A stretch of DNA of 52,738 nt from a virus (taxonomy: Duplodnaviria; Caudoviricetes). A model generated the notes under the pieces. That model made no database searches, was not told the DNA's origin, and saw only the letters and a program-made list of their open reading frames with translations. How positions within the stretch are numbered: the first letter of the stretch is position 1; the number at the start of each line of letters is the position of its first letter. The translations under genes were made by a program, and so were the position numbers. This document shows positions 17,047 to 26,914 of this stretch, piece after piece. The stretch spans positions 1 to 52,738 of the IMG/VR virus record IMGVR_UViG_3300047550_006202; one strand, written 5' to 3'.

Positions 17047-18147
17047 TCAATTATACACTTTAAATATCATGTTATCATCAAAAACAAAGCTTTCGCCCGA
17101 ATCAAAATCGCTCTTGACCATGAATTTGTAGTACCTCTCTGGTTCTAGTCCTGAGAAATATACGTTAAAGTAGCTGCTTGTTCCATCACAACTTATTTTT
17201 GTGTAATCACTATCAAAATCAACAACAACTTCATTTGTCTTGGCGTCTATTATAGACCAATACGATTGACTTGGTAATCTCTTGTTTACTGTGTATAGAG
17301 ATGAGGTTGTGAAGACTCTGGCGGGGTATTTATCCCTGCAATTTATCTTCACTTTATACAATTCGTTCTTTGCGCTAAAATTGAACTTGTTATTCGATAT
17401 AGTGATCACGGAATCCGTGCTATCTACTTGTTGTAAAGATCCTGTGATATATCGACTATCGTCCCAACGTATTTCTAGCGTAGGAGGATATATGGTGTGA
17501 GTATCGTTGCTATAATAACTTAAAGCGATATAACTGCCCGAATTGTTTTCTATGGCAGTTGGATGTTTTAATAAGAATCCGTTGTTAGACTCAGATCCAT
17601 TGAACCATGTAGTAACTATGTCGGTCACATCAGCACAAACGTCTTTGCTGTCTTCGTAGTCAAATGACTGAGTTACATACGTATTCGTCCAAGAACCTCC
17701 GCCAGAAGTTAAGTAATACGAGGGATTTACCCAATCCGTAGTTTCAGAATACCAAGATGCTGTGTTGTACCAATTAACGCCGTTCTTAGTTTCTGGAGAA
17801 TCATCGAATTGACCTGTTCCCATTTCCCAAGATTGGGAAACTTGTCTTATTTCTAAAGTGTAATTCTTTGTAAGATTTTCTGCGTTAGCTACATATGTTC
17901 TAAGGAAAGTTTTCCACGAACCTGTTCTGAACGTTTTAAGTTTATCCAATCCTGAATCAGAAAATTTTATCAGGGAACGACGTATATCGTCGGATGATAT
18001 GGTATCAACTGACGGATTAGCGGATTGACCCGTGTTGTCTGTGTTCTTTACAGCCACTTCGAGCATCTCATCGAGTCCCGTATTTTGTTTAGGGAATCTA
18101 GAATATATCGTTGCGTCTGCCTCAGCGAAAATCTTATATACGGCCAT
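17047..18147 (-). CDS. Virion protein with DNRLRE/CBM96-like domain
   Basis: ADATIY...NTG...LEV...RSLIKF...NNGFLLK...PTLEIRW pattern typical of DNRLRE domains. Confidence 0.65.
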   Translation of the reverse strand: MAVYKIFAEADATIYSRFPKQNTGLDEMLEVAVKNTDNTGQSANPSVDTISSDDIRRSLIKFSDSGLDKLKTFRTGSWKTFLRTYVANAENLTKNYTLEIRQVSQSWEMGTGQFDDSPETKNGVNWYNTASWYSETTDWVNPSYYLTSGGGSWTNTYVTQSFDYEDSKDVCADVTDIVTTWFNGSESNNGFLLKHPTAIENNSGSYIALSYYSNDTHTIYPPTLEIRWDDSRYITGSLQQVDSTDSVITISNNKFNFSAKNELYKVKINCRDKYPARVFTTSSLYTVNKRLPSQSYWSIIDAKTNEVVVDFDSDYTKISCDGTSSYFNVYFSGLEPERYYKFMVKSDFDSGESFVFDDNMIFKVYN

Positions 18148-18148
18148 T

Positions 18149-18748
18149 TTAGGATATGTCTTTTGATTCTATCAATGTGTAAGTAAACGAGCTACCATGA
18201 ATAGCGGCGGCCTTTCTGCATACATCCATAAAGGCTTCAAAATCTACAGCCTTTTTAAATACTTGGCATCCTTCCGACCAATTCTCCACAAGAGTGCTAT
18301 CCACACCAGCTTTATGAATGTTGATTCCAAAAATCCCTTCTTGAATCTTATTTTCGTCATACACTAAATCTTTGTTTGGATCTCTGTATACTTTTACGGG
18401 TTTTTGTTGTCTCAATGCTTCGTATTTTCCTTTGTGAAGACCTATGGCGTGAGATCCCTTATATTGGCCGGGAACCAATCTTGCAACGCCCGCTGGGTTT
18501 CCGAACTCTAAAACACCTTTTCTTCCAGGGTCGGTTGTGTTTTGCCACTCTTTATAGATCCATTTTCCATCCTGTTTATAGGATACAGAGATGAGATCGT
18601 CGAAAGCGTTTGTCACCTTCTTACCGGTATCAGAGTTTCTAATTCCCACTATGTTAAGATCGAAGCCCTTGTTAGCTGCGTCTTCAAACCATACGTAACC
18701 TTTGGCTTTCACTGCCTTTTCGATTTTTTCTTTGCTGTACTTTGCCAT
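18149..18748 (-). CDS. Putative peptidoglycan L,D-peptidase (YkuD-like), candidate endolysin or virion lysin
   Basis: GINIHKA...NWSEGCQV fits the H-x(n)-S-x-G-C catalytic motif of L,D-transpeptidase folds. Confidence 0.65.
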   Translation of the reverse strand: MAKYSKEKIEKAVKAKGYVWFEDAANKGFDLNIVGIRNSDTGKKVTNAFDDLISVSYKQDGKWIYKEWQNTTDPGRKGVLEFGNPAGVARLVPGQYKGSHAIGLHKGKYEALRQQKPVKVYRDPNKDLVYDENKIQEGIFGINIHKAGVDSTLVENWSEGCQVFKKAVDFEAFMDVCRKAAAIHGSSFTYTLIESKDIS

Positions 18749-18766
18749 AGGTTTTTACTTATTTAG

Positions 18767-20623
18767 TTATTGAAACGCGACAACTCTTCCCTGTATGTCT
18801 GTGTTGGGATACTTAAGTTCGAATATCGACGGATCCAATGAAGGATAAATTACGTTGTTTATAGTTGCTCCTTTTATATCGTAAGCATATATGGAATATC
18901 CGCTTTCTTGGCCGTATTTGTTCACTATTTCAACCTTTTTTACAGTCTGAACACCGTCTTGCATGTCTATCAGAGAGTAAATGTTTGATAGTATGATTGG
19001 CTCATTTATTTGCCAATTCGATGTATTGAAGTACTCTTTTAATGCCGTTATGCATCTAGAAACCACTTCTTGAGCATTATAATTAGGCCTAGTTATTATA
19101 TCAAAATTGCATCCTATATTGATGATGTAAGCAGATTTAAGATCTATGACATCAGTCAACATCCTATATTCAGACAGATGCGTGGTTAAATTATATAATA
19201 GTGCTCTACTGGGATAAGCCAAATTTCCTGAGGAGTCGTAGGATAACACATACATAGATATTTGAGTTGGATTCATTATAGACGGGCTAGTGTCTCTATA
19301 ATTAAAGAAGGTTCTAGAATCCCTAGTTATGAAAGCCTTAGATATAGCTCCAAATTTTGGAGACATATTTAATGCTTTTTCTAAATAATCTTGCTGAGTT
19401 ACGGCTCTCATTTGACTTGAAAATGCATTTCGTATGTTCTGTCTAAGTTGTTCGTTATTGTCACCATCCCCACCCCCAGAAGCTGGTTGGGGATTTGTTA
19501 TTGCTAATGTATTTGAATTGGTGGTATTTCCCGTTATTGAGTATTGAGATATATTTGTTATCTCTCCGCTTCTCGCGTTGTATTCAGCTCCTCCCCCAGC
19601 TAAATAAGTGATTGTTAAAGTTGTATTATAAGGAGCCAATCCATAAGTAGTTGTTGTTACAAAATTCGTGGGATCAAAAGCGGTGTTTATGGTACTAGAT
19701 CCCGTGGTCAATCCAATCCCTATTGTAGAAGGATTTGGAATTACTGCCGTATCAGCTATAGTATTTATACCAGGTCCAAATTCCAAAGTTACGCTGCTAT
19801 CGCTATTTATTCGGCTAGTAAATCTTCTATCTACTTTAATTTTCTCTAATATATAAGGGACTTGATTAGCGTCTTGATATAATTCGGGGTATTCTTGAGC
19901 GGTATTAGAGACAGGATTATATATGTAGTCTTGCGCTAAATAAGGAACCTCTGACCATTTATTACCAGAAGAATCGACTACACTTATTATAGATACTATT
20001 TCAGAATCATTTATCTTTACAGTTGAAAATCTTTGCGCTGGTCCAAACGAATATGTTGTAGTTTTTATTACTCCTGAAGTGGCGGTCGCATTCTTCTTTA
20101 GTATATAACTCACCGGTGCACCAGATCCGTCTGTTTCATATATACTGACTGTTGTGGGATCCATGGAAGAAGAGTGTGTAAAATCTATCTTATTTCCTAC
20201 ATAGTATGTTAGACTTGGGGAAACTCTAGAACTTACAACCATTCCGGGATTTACAATAAATGCGTAAGAAAAGTCAGGATATCTTAATCCAGAGAGCGTT
20301 ATTGCTGGGACTACTTGATAAACTTCGAGATCTACAACGGCTGAGGACACTAGTTTTGGTCTATAGCCCAACATGTGGGCCATTGCATATAAATTATTTT
20401 TTTGTTTTGCGTATTGAAGAAAATTTTCCTGTATTTGATTATCGAGATAAAACGATAAGACGTCTCCTACATAAGAAGCCATATCGATAAATAAAGTTCC
20501 TGGAGAAGCTTTAGAAAAATCTGTATATACGGTAGGAAAATAAGCTTTCGCGTACTCGATTAAATCGTTTTTAAATGTCGAAAATTCTTTATTTAAGTAT
20601 TTTATGTCTACATTATTTTCCAT
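18767..20623 (-). CDS. gp6: Baseplate wedge subunit (T4 gp6 / baseplate-J family)
   Basis: DFSKASPG...YVGDVLSFYLD...A...LGY near the N-terminus; GGGDGD...RAVTQQDY in the J-like C-part. Confidence 0.9.
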   Translation of the reverse strand: MENNVDIKYLNKEFSTFKNDLIEYAKAYFPTVYTDFSKASPGTLFIDMASYVGDVLSFYLDNQIQENFLQYAKQKNNLYAMAHMLGYRPKLVSSAVVDLEVYQVVPAITLSGLRYPDFSYAFIVNPGMVVSSRVSPSLTYYVGNKIDFTHSSSMDPTTVSIYETDGSGAPVSYILKKNATATSGVIKTTTYSFGPAQRFSTVKINDSEIVSIISVVDSSGNKWSEVPYLAQDYIYNPVSNTAQEYPELYQDANQVPYILEKIKVDRRFTSRINSDSSVTLEFGPGINTIADTAVIPNPSTIGIGLTTGSSTINTAFDPTNFVTTTTYGLAPYNTTLTITYLAGGGAEYNARSGEITNISQYSITGNTTNSNTLAITNPQPASGGGDGDNNEQLRQNIRNAFSSQMRAVTQQDYLEKALNMSPKFGAISKAFITRDSRTFFNYRDTSPSIMNPTQISMYVLSYDSSGNLAYPSRALLYNLTTHLSEYRMLTDVIDLKSAYIINIGCNFDIITRPNYNAQEVVSRCITALKEYFNTSNWQINEPIILSNIYSLIDMQDGVQTVKKVEIVNKYGQESGYSIYAYDIKGATINNVIYPSLDPSIFELKYPNTDIQGRVVAFQ

Positions 20624-20625
20624 CT

Positions 20626-21039
20626 TTACGCATTTTGTATTGTTATAGATACATCATCTGATTCGTTAGAAGCTTTTATGACATAACTAAACTCTATAAG
20701 TATAGAATTTTGATCCATTGCGTTATATATAGATAAATCTATTACGTTAATTTGTGGAAAATTGCTTGATATTTTTTCAGTCAATTGATCTTCTAATTCC
20801 TGAGTATTTTTTGTGTTTATTTGTTCAAATAATGAAGCTCTCAAATTAGCGCCGAAATTAGGATCAAATAAACGTTCTCTATTATTTGTCAATAGATAAT
20901 TCATTATATTGTACCTAATCTGATCTTTTGTGGTATAGACACTCAAAAAAACACTGGGATATGAAAATGGTATTTTAACGCCCAATGCCACAGATTTCTT
21001 TAAATCTATTGGCGATATTTGTCTAAGTCCGTAAGCCAT
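20626..21039 (-). CDS. gp25: Baseplate wedge subunit, gp25/GPW family
   Basis: NIMNYLLTNNRERLFDPNFGANLRASLFE matches LLT..GER...P.FG; immediately upstream of gp6. Confidence 0.9.
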   Translation of the reverse strand: MAYGLRQISPIDLKKSVALGVKIPFSYPSVFLSVYTTKDQIRYNIMNYLLTNNRERLFDPNFGANLRASLFEQINTKNTQELEDQLTEKISSNFPQINVIDLSIYNAMDQNSILIEFSYVIKASNESDDVSITIQNA

Positions 21040-21479
21040 TACATTAAGCCTTTACTTTTCATCTTGTTCATCATCTCTGAATAATCGGGAACCGTGTTGA
21101 TCTCTATCATCTCTATATTAGAACTTTTTCTTGCGGATGAAAGCATTTCGTTAACTGATCCCATGGCAGTATTTTCTTCTTGCGGTTCACCCATGTCTTG
21201 AGGTGTCATGCTTACTGCTGTTTCATTGAGCAGTTGGGAAAGAGGGTTATTTCCTGCAAATTTTACAGGCGCGGACCTAGTCGGCTCGTTTAAAGTTAAG
21301 GGTATTCCAGATGTCACGCTCTTTCTCACCTGATCTCTTATCTTATTCTTATATTCAGAACTATTGGTAACCTTTCCTGCGCTCTGGGTGCTCTCAGAAA
21401 TGATCCTGGGAAGCTCTTGGCGTATCGCCTGAGTGACTTCTTCCCTAATGATTCTACGTAAAATATCCAGTTTGCTCAT
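21039..21479 (-). CDS. Hypothetical protein
   Basis: 146 aa; ATATTTAT at 21484-21491; N-terminal LRRIIREEV. Confidence 0.8.
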   Translation of the reverse strand: MSKLDILRRIIREEVTQAIRQELPRIISESTQSAGKVTNSSEYKNKIRDQVRKSVTSGIPLTLNEPTRSAPVKFAGNNPLSQLLNETAVSMTPQDMGEPQEENTAMGSVNEMLSSARKSSNIEMIEINTVPDYSEMMNKMKSKGLM

Positions 21480-21526
21480 ATTGATAAATATCGGGTGTTC
21501 AATTTATTTATTTGTGACTTGGTTTC

Positions 21527-24013
21527 TTATTTCCCTTTTAGTTTATTAACCCCCTTTTTAATTCCCTTTATTATGTTTATTTTTCGTCTAGCTTTTTGCA
21601 AGAAAGTTAATTTACTAGTATCAATTTTTCCAGTTACGGGCTTTAGACTCGGACGTTTTGATGCATTAGAGGATGGATCCGTTGCGCCCGTATTTTCTGA
21701 TGTTCTAGAGTTTGTTGTTGACGTATTAGAAGTATATGCGGGTGAAGTTACTCTACTCGGAGACATATTTGCAGTATTTGTAGTATTGCTTGTTGAAGAA
21801 GTTCCCGTAGATTCTTTTCCTCCTACTAAAGTTGTTGAGGTTTTATTCACATTTTGAGTAGCATTTCCTTTATATTGAGGATTACTAGTATCTTTTTTCA
21901 AATCCCCTAATTTTTTTTCTAGTATTTTTCTAACACGTTTTCTCATCTTTTTACCGCCTGACAATTTATTCAAGAATGCATTTAATCCCATGCCTTTATT
22001 TTCGTCTTCATTGTCGGGATCATCCATGTCGTATTCATCGAACATGATCTTTTCATCTACATTCATATCGGCCATTAAATCTGGTATCTCAAATCCTAGA
22101 TCGTTGGCATTAAAGCTGTCTTTATTATCATTTATAGCTGATCTATTTGCTGAATCTCTAGAGGTTCTTTGTACGGGAGTATCTTCAAAATTTTCTTGAC
22201 CTCTATTGTTATCAAATATACCAGGAAAATCTGCTACTTTAAGATCGTTATTAAATAGAAAATTCTTAGTAGATTCTATTTGTGCTCTTTGATCAGCATT
22301 AATTATATCTATTTCCTCTTGTATTAGTTTCTTTTCTCTCAATTTTTGCTCTACTTCTTTTAATATAATACTACTATCTGATGCATATGTGGGTTCGGAT
22401 TGTACTATGAGTGTCCCTGATTCATCTAAAGCGACTCCATATCTTCTTTTTAGAGTAAAAGTTTCTTCTATTACTTCTTCTGTGATTATGCTTATTGTGT
22501 ACTTACCTATTTTTTTAGTAGGATCAGTAACATTCATATTACCAACTATATTCTCTGGAACCCCTTCAGGATTTACGCCCCAATAATTACCTAATCCGTA
22601 TGGATCATAGGTATTATTTTTCATAGAGTCATCTATTTTGGGGATATTAGGATCATAGAATCCGTCCTCTCGATCGTTATTCTCTTTATTTTTAACAAAT
22701 AAATACATTAAATCAGAAGCAGCTGATAAACCGTCTCTAGCGTCTATCAAATCTTTCAATACTTCTGGATCGAATTCATTACAATTGCTTAGATTTGCTA
22801 TTATTAGATTCAGATTCCTAATGATTTCATTAATAGGTCCCATTATGTTTAATATGACCAATTGTATCACTGTTAGAAGTAAAGAGAAATATCCTAATGT
22901 CATTATAATTCTCCAAATAACTCGAACTCTTACCTCTTCTTCTACTCCATTTATAGTATTTATCACGCCTACAGTGGTATACAGGCTAGGAATTGGCATT
23001 ATTTTAAAAAATTTTAAGATCTTTAAAAGTACATTGATAACAATTAGTATTATTGTGATCACTAATTGCGCAGTTTGTATTATATTTAGAACATTTTGAC
23101 AAACTCTTTGAATTTTATTACACGTATCTATAAGTTTTCTTAATACGGGTATGGCTTTATCAGGTTCAAATAATGATGCTACTTTCTGTAAAAAAGGTTT
23201 TAAAACAGGGTCTCCTAGTGTGGCCAATCCTGCAGATATGAGTAAAGATTGCGGAGCTGATAGTCCTCTTACTATACTTAAAATCTTCTTGATTTGATCA
23301 AGTTGTTTTATAAACTGTCTGAATTTTTCATCAGGTATTTGCCTACCGTCAGTGTAACTTCGAATTTCTCTAAAAAATCCATTGATAGTATTTCTAGCTT
23401 TTAGAAGAGGCGGAAAAGTATTTATTAGTGTTTGAGCATTTCCAGTATCTATAGAACCAACGAAATTACCAGTCCCCGGGAAATCTTCTATTTTAATTGG
23501 TTCATTTACTAATCTATCAAAACCTGTTAATAAATCGTCTTCTATATCTCCCGATAATCGTATTATGGCATCTTTTTGTTTAGTGATATCCAGTTTATCT
23601 ATTATAGAATAGAATTGATCTATTCTATTAGATGCTCTCCAAGATAGAAATTGTAATCTCCACAAAAATCTAATTAGTTTTGGAGAATCATCTTCCGGCG
23701 GTTTATTAGGATTAAAATTACCAGCATTTCCCCCTCTAGGTATTTTAGATATAGCGTAATTAACAAAATCACAATAATTTATTTTCGCAAATAATCTAAC
23801 TATAGGAATGATTCCCAATTTCATGGGATCAGATGGTTTTTTTTGATTTTGTCTATATTTTGATATGTCTATTGGAAATCCGTAGAATACGTTGTCAAAA
23901 AATGTATCTAATTTTATTACGGATATTATAGATTTAAATATAATCTTGTCTATGCCTTTGACATTTTTCAAAGGATCTAAAGCCTTATTAAATAAATTAC
24001 TAAGTGTTGACAT
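21527..24013 (-). CDS. Large hypothetical protein with long hydrophobic helices (baseplate-hub region)
   Basis: 828 aa; hydrophobic runs LVITIILIVINVLLKIL and IIMTLGYFSLLLTVIQLVILNIM; S/T-rich and basic tail. Confidence 0.75.
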   Translation of the reverse strand: MSTLSNLFNKALDPLKNVKGIDKIIFKSIISVIKLDTFFDNVFYGFPIDISKYRQNQKKPSDPMKLGIIPIVRLFAKINYCDFVNYAISKIPRGGNAGNFNPNKPPEDDSPKLIRFLWRLQFLSWRASNRIDQFYSIIDKLDITKQKDAIIRLSGDIEDDLLTGFDRLVNEPIKIEDFPGTGNFVGSIDTGNAQTLINTFPPLLKARNTINGFFREIRSYTDGRQIPDEKFRQFIKQLDQIKKILSIVRGLSAPQSLLISAGLATLGDPVLKPFLQKVASLFEPDKAIPVLRKLIDTCNKIQRVCQNVLNIIQTAQLVITIILIVINVLLKILKFFKIMPIPSLYTTVGVINTINGVEEEVRVRVIWRIIMTLGYFSLLLTVIQLVILNIMGPINEIIRNLNLIIANLSNCNEFDPEVLKDLIDARDGLSAASDLMYLFVKNKENNDREDGFYDPNIPKIDDSMKNNTYDPYGLGNYWGVNPEGVPENIVGNMNVTDPTKKIGKYTISIITEEVIEETFTLKRRYGVALDESGTLIVQSEPTYASDSSIILKEVEQKLREKKLIQEEIDIINADQRAQIESTKNFLFNNDLKVADFPGIFDNNRGQENFEDTPVQRTSRDSANRSAINDNKDSFNANDLGFEIPDLMADMNVDEKIMFDEYDMDDPDNEDENKGMGLNAFLNKLSGGKKMRKRVRKILEKKLGDLKKDTSNPQYKGNATQNVNKTSTTLVGGKESTGTSSTSNTTNTANMSPSRVTSPAYTSNTSTTNSRTSENTGATDPSSNASKRPSLKPVTGKIDTSKLTFLQKARRKINIIKGIKKGVNKLKGK

Positions 24014-24477
24014 TACTCTACGTATGTTTTTGTACTTAATAGACTATCAAGCTGTTTACTAAATTTATCAGTCGCAGAAGCCATATAACTCCCAGCAGAT
24101 ATGATTTTTCCTGGATCGGCTACTGTCACTTTGCCGCTTCCATCTCTTGTTGCTGCACCGCTTAACATGTTTGCAACTGCTCCTAATTGAACTAGGAATT
24201 CTCTAAGTTCTTCTATAAATTTATCGCCTAATATAACCGGAGATTGTGCTTTCAATCCTAATCTAATAACGGGGCTATTTATTACAGTGTATTCTTTACT
24301 ATTAAGATGTATGCTATCTTGGGATGATAACCCTATAGATTTAGATCCAAATAGTAATACTGAATCCGATTTAGCGTGTAGATGTATTCTATCTGATAGT
24401 AGTACTGCTTGACTTCCCGAGTAAGGAAACGGTGTATAGTTTTTTAATGTAAAACCGGTACTTTGTAATGTTGCCAT
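24013..24477 (-). CDS. gp5/VgrG-like spike C-terminal beta-strand protein
   Basis: DRIHLHAKSDSVLL...SIHLNS...VINSPVIRLG...PVILGD: repeated short beta strands typical of spike C-termini. Confidence 0.6.
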   Translation of the reverse strand: MATLQSTGFTLKNYTPFPYSGSQAVLLSDRIHLHAKSDSVLLFGSKSIGLSSQDSIHLNSKEYTVINSPVIRLGLKAQSPVILGDKFIEELREFLVQLGAVANMLSGAATRDGSGKVTVADPGKIISAGSYMASATDKFSKQLDSLLSTKTYVE

Positions 24478-24487
24478 TTGTTATTTA

Positions 24488-25513
24488 TTATTGTCCTGAT
24501 TCCATACCGAATTTATCATTACTCGCATAATTACTTGTAGATGTATAATTATCGTTTTGTTCGGCAGAGTTCCAAGGATTATAATTAGGCATATCAGTTA
24601 ATTGAGTAATTCTTCCCTCTGCGTCTTGTATGTCTTGAGCCGTTATTCCATAAGAATTTAAGGGGAATTCACTTATACTTATTATTTTTGATAAATCTTG
24701 GGTAGAAGTCATCCATATTGTAGTGTGATCTTTAGCACTCTCTTCGTGTAAACCTTGATAATTAGTATCGTAGTTTTGTCCATTACGAATTATAGTTATA
24801 GGATCTCCCGCGTTTGAATTTCCTATAGACCATTCATTTTTAGGAGTTATTTTATCAAATTTATTTGTGCTTCCAAATCTTATAGATTGCCCGTGTCGAC
24901 CTTCAATTATTATATCTCCCTCTTGCGGTTTAAGAGATTTTACAAATGTATTTTCTACAAAAGTATTTCCATAATATAAAGGACTCATCTTTCTATCTTT
25001 AGTAGATCTCACATCTCTATTTATAGGCATATTTAATCCTCGACCTGCGGTTTCATTGGTCTGTTGTTGATAATACAAAGCAGCTTATTCTAAATTTGGA
25101 GATCCTCCATGGTTTGGAAAATTCCAAATAGAATAGGGGGGAAAATAGTAATAACTTTGAGCATCTACATTGTCATTTAAATCAGAGTCTGGGCCCGGTA
25201 TTATATAGACTATTTCGTGAAGTACGGGATATTGTTTTATGAAATTGAATATGGGGTATGCTCCACGAGTTATACCGTCGCCTAAAGATATGTTAGTATT
25301 ACTATATAGGGGAGTAAAAGTGATTCGACCCAAATCTTTTCTTGGGGGAGTTTCTAGACGTTCATTTGATAGTTGAGGAACATTAGCTACCAAAGAAGAA
25401 TTTAATTGTGCGGGTCTAGGATCGAGATTTGTTATTATTGATTTCACACGGCCAATTATAAAAGAGGCCCCGTTATTAGCCTTCGAAGCGCCGCTATATG
25501 TACTACCGAACAT
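24488..25513 (-). CDS. gp5-like baseplate hub protein (OB-fold N-part plus EGR..SIRFG part) interrupted by one in-frame TAA at 25085-25087
   Basis: ORFs 25085..25513 and 24488..25078 share a frame (PNLE*AALYYQQ). N-part has GRVKSI...AYP...YP...E; C-part has LKPQEGDIIIEGRHGQSIRFG. Confidence 0.6.
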
Positions 25514-25518
25514 CTCAG

Positions 25519-25869
25519 TTACTTTATGAGTTTTTGTGAATCCACCTTATTGAACGATGGTAACTCCTCAAAAAGTTGGGCTATGTCCTTTTCTGATAGA
25601 GGACCGCCACTGGAATCTTGAGACTTTGTTTCGCTTTGCTTAAACAGTTGGAGCACTTTCAAAAGCAATTCGCTATTCTTCACGCCTGTATCAGACAGTT
25701 CCTTTATGAGAGGAATCATCACGATGGCGTCTCCAGGCGTTTCTATATACGAAGCAAGCATGGAAATCTTTTCCTTTAAGAGAACGTCTTGTTCCTTCTG
25801 CTTATCGTATATTTCCTGTACAATGTCAGAGACCTTTTTTCCAGAAAACACTTCTTTCTCTAAATCCAT
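25519..25869 (-). CDS. Hypothetical helical protein
   Basis: 116 aa; ATATTTAT at 25883-25890; first gene of the late baseplate run. Confidence 0.8.
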   Translation of the reverse strand: MDLEKEVFSGKKVSDIVQEIYDKQKEQDVLLKEKISMLASYIETPGDAIVMIPLIKELSDTGVKNSELLLKVLQLFKQSETKSQDSSGGPLSEKDIAQLFEELPSFNKVDSQKLIK

Positions 25870-25882
25870 AGGGTGTTTTCTT

Positions 25883-25890
25883 ATAAATAT
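25883..25890 (-). promoter_or_regulatory. Putative late promoter ATATTTAT (representative - strand copy)
   Basis: Same motif on the minus strand at 2809, 3115, 12432, 21484, 28414 and variant GTATTTAT at 5411; all but 28414 lie just upstream of a minus-strand start. Confidence 0.7.
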
Positions 25891-25891
25891 C

Positions 25892-26638
25892 CTAGTAGTC
25901 GGATTTCTGCAGGTGCTCCTCTATTACGTCTTTATATATGCTTTTTAGCTTCTTTATGACTTTTGTTATGGTGTTTGTTTGTACGTCCACCATCTCTTTT
26001 ACGTAAATATAGATCAATTTTTTATTGAATATGTCTAAAGTCTCTCGTTTTTCAAATATCTCCATTATCGCTATTGCGACTTTCATGTCTTGGGGAGATT
26101 GAAAAGTCTCAAAAAGGCTGTCGTTGACTCTTTTTATGAAAGATTCTATGACTTTCTCTGCGTCCACTTGAAACTCAAAATCGTGACTTACCAGCGTTTC
26201 TATAGTGTTTTCCTCGTTATCTACCTCCTTGACCTCTATTTTAGAGATTTTACTCTTATAATTTTTTTGGTTGTAAACTATCAAATACCTTTTAGCAATG
26301 GTACCGAAATAAGAATAGGCTTTTCCAAGAGAACTATCGTATCTATCTAATTTTTGAAGCAAAAAGGATATCACCTCGTATTTTAGGTCTTCTATGGAAT
26401 CTGATTCCATGTGATAAAACTTAAAGGTGTGAATGATATTTTCTACAAGCTTGTAAAAAGCGCCATGAATCCTCTCCTTATAAATCTTATTTCTTAAGTA
26501 TTGATCATCCAGTTTTCTATATTCTATGATTGCATTCTGTGTGTCTTCTGTGAAATAGTTATTGGATTTCTTGGGCTTTCTCTTTCTTACAGTACCCTTC
26601 TTTGTGTACTGTACGGGTTCCTGTAAAAAGTTGTCCAT
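25892..26638 (-). CDS. gp55: Phage late-transcription sigma factor (T4 gp55-like)
   Basis: NNYF...AIIEY...LVENI...F...EDL...LDRYD...KAYSYFGTIAKRY resembles the gp55/sigma region 2 pattern (FDP...AFAYFTQI). Confidence 0.7.
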   Translation of the reverse strand: MDNFLQEPVQYTKKGTVRKRKPKKSNNYFTEDTQNAIIEYRKLDDQYLRNKIYKERIHGAFYKLVENIIHTFKFYHMESDSIEDLKYEVISFLLQKLDRYDSSLGKAYSYFGTIAKRYLIVYNQKNYKSKISKIEVKEVDNEENTIETLVSHDFEFQVDAEKVIESFIKRVNDSLFETFQSPQDMKVAIAIMEIFEKRETLDIFNKKLIYIYVKEMVDVQTNTITKVIKKLKSIYKDVIEEHLQKSDY

Positions 26639-26639
26639 A

Positions 26640-26909
26640 TTAACCTAAGAACTCCTTTGATCTTCTTTGCATCTCTTTGATTTTATCAAATAGCGCTAAC
26701 AGCTCAGGATCTGATTGCACCCAAATTTGTGAGTCTATCTTATTAACGATTTCGTCGAATTCTTTCACAAGGTATACCATCTCATTGGAAAAATTAGCGT
26801 AATTATTTGCTATCGTTTCCAGTTTCTTGTTTTTATTGTATAGATTGAATATCACCCAACCTACCATTGTCGCTATCCATAGCGATACACCTATTATTCC
26901 TATGATCAT
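26640..26909 (-). CDS. Small membrane-anchored coiled-coil protein
   Basis: N-terminal IIGIIGVSLWIATMVGWVIF transmembrane helix followed by a coiled coil. Confidence 0.75.
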   Translation of the reverse strand: MIIGIIGVSLWIATMVGWVIFNLYNKNKKLETIANNYANFSNEMVYLVKEFDEIVNKIDSQIWVQSDPELLALFDKIKEMQRRSKEFLG

Positions 26910-26914
26910 ATTTC

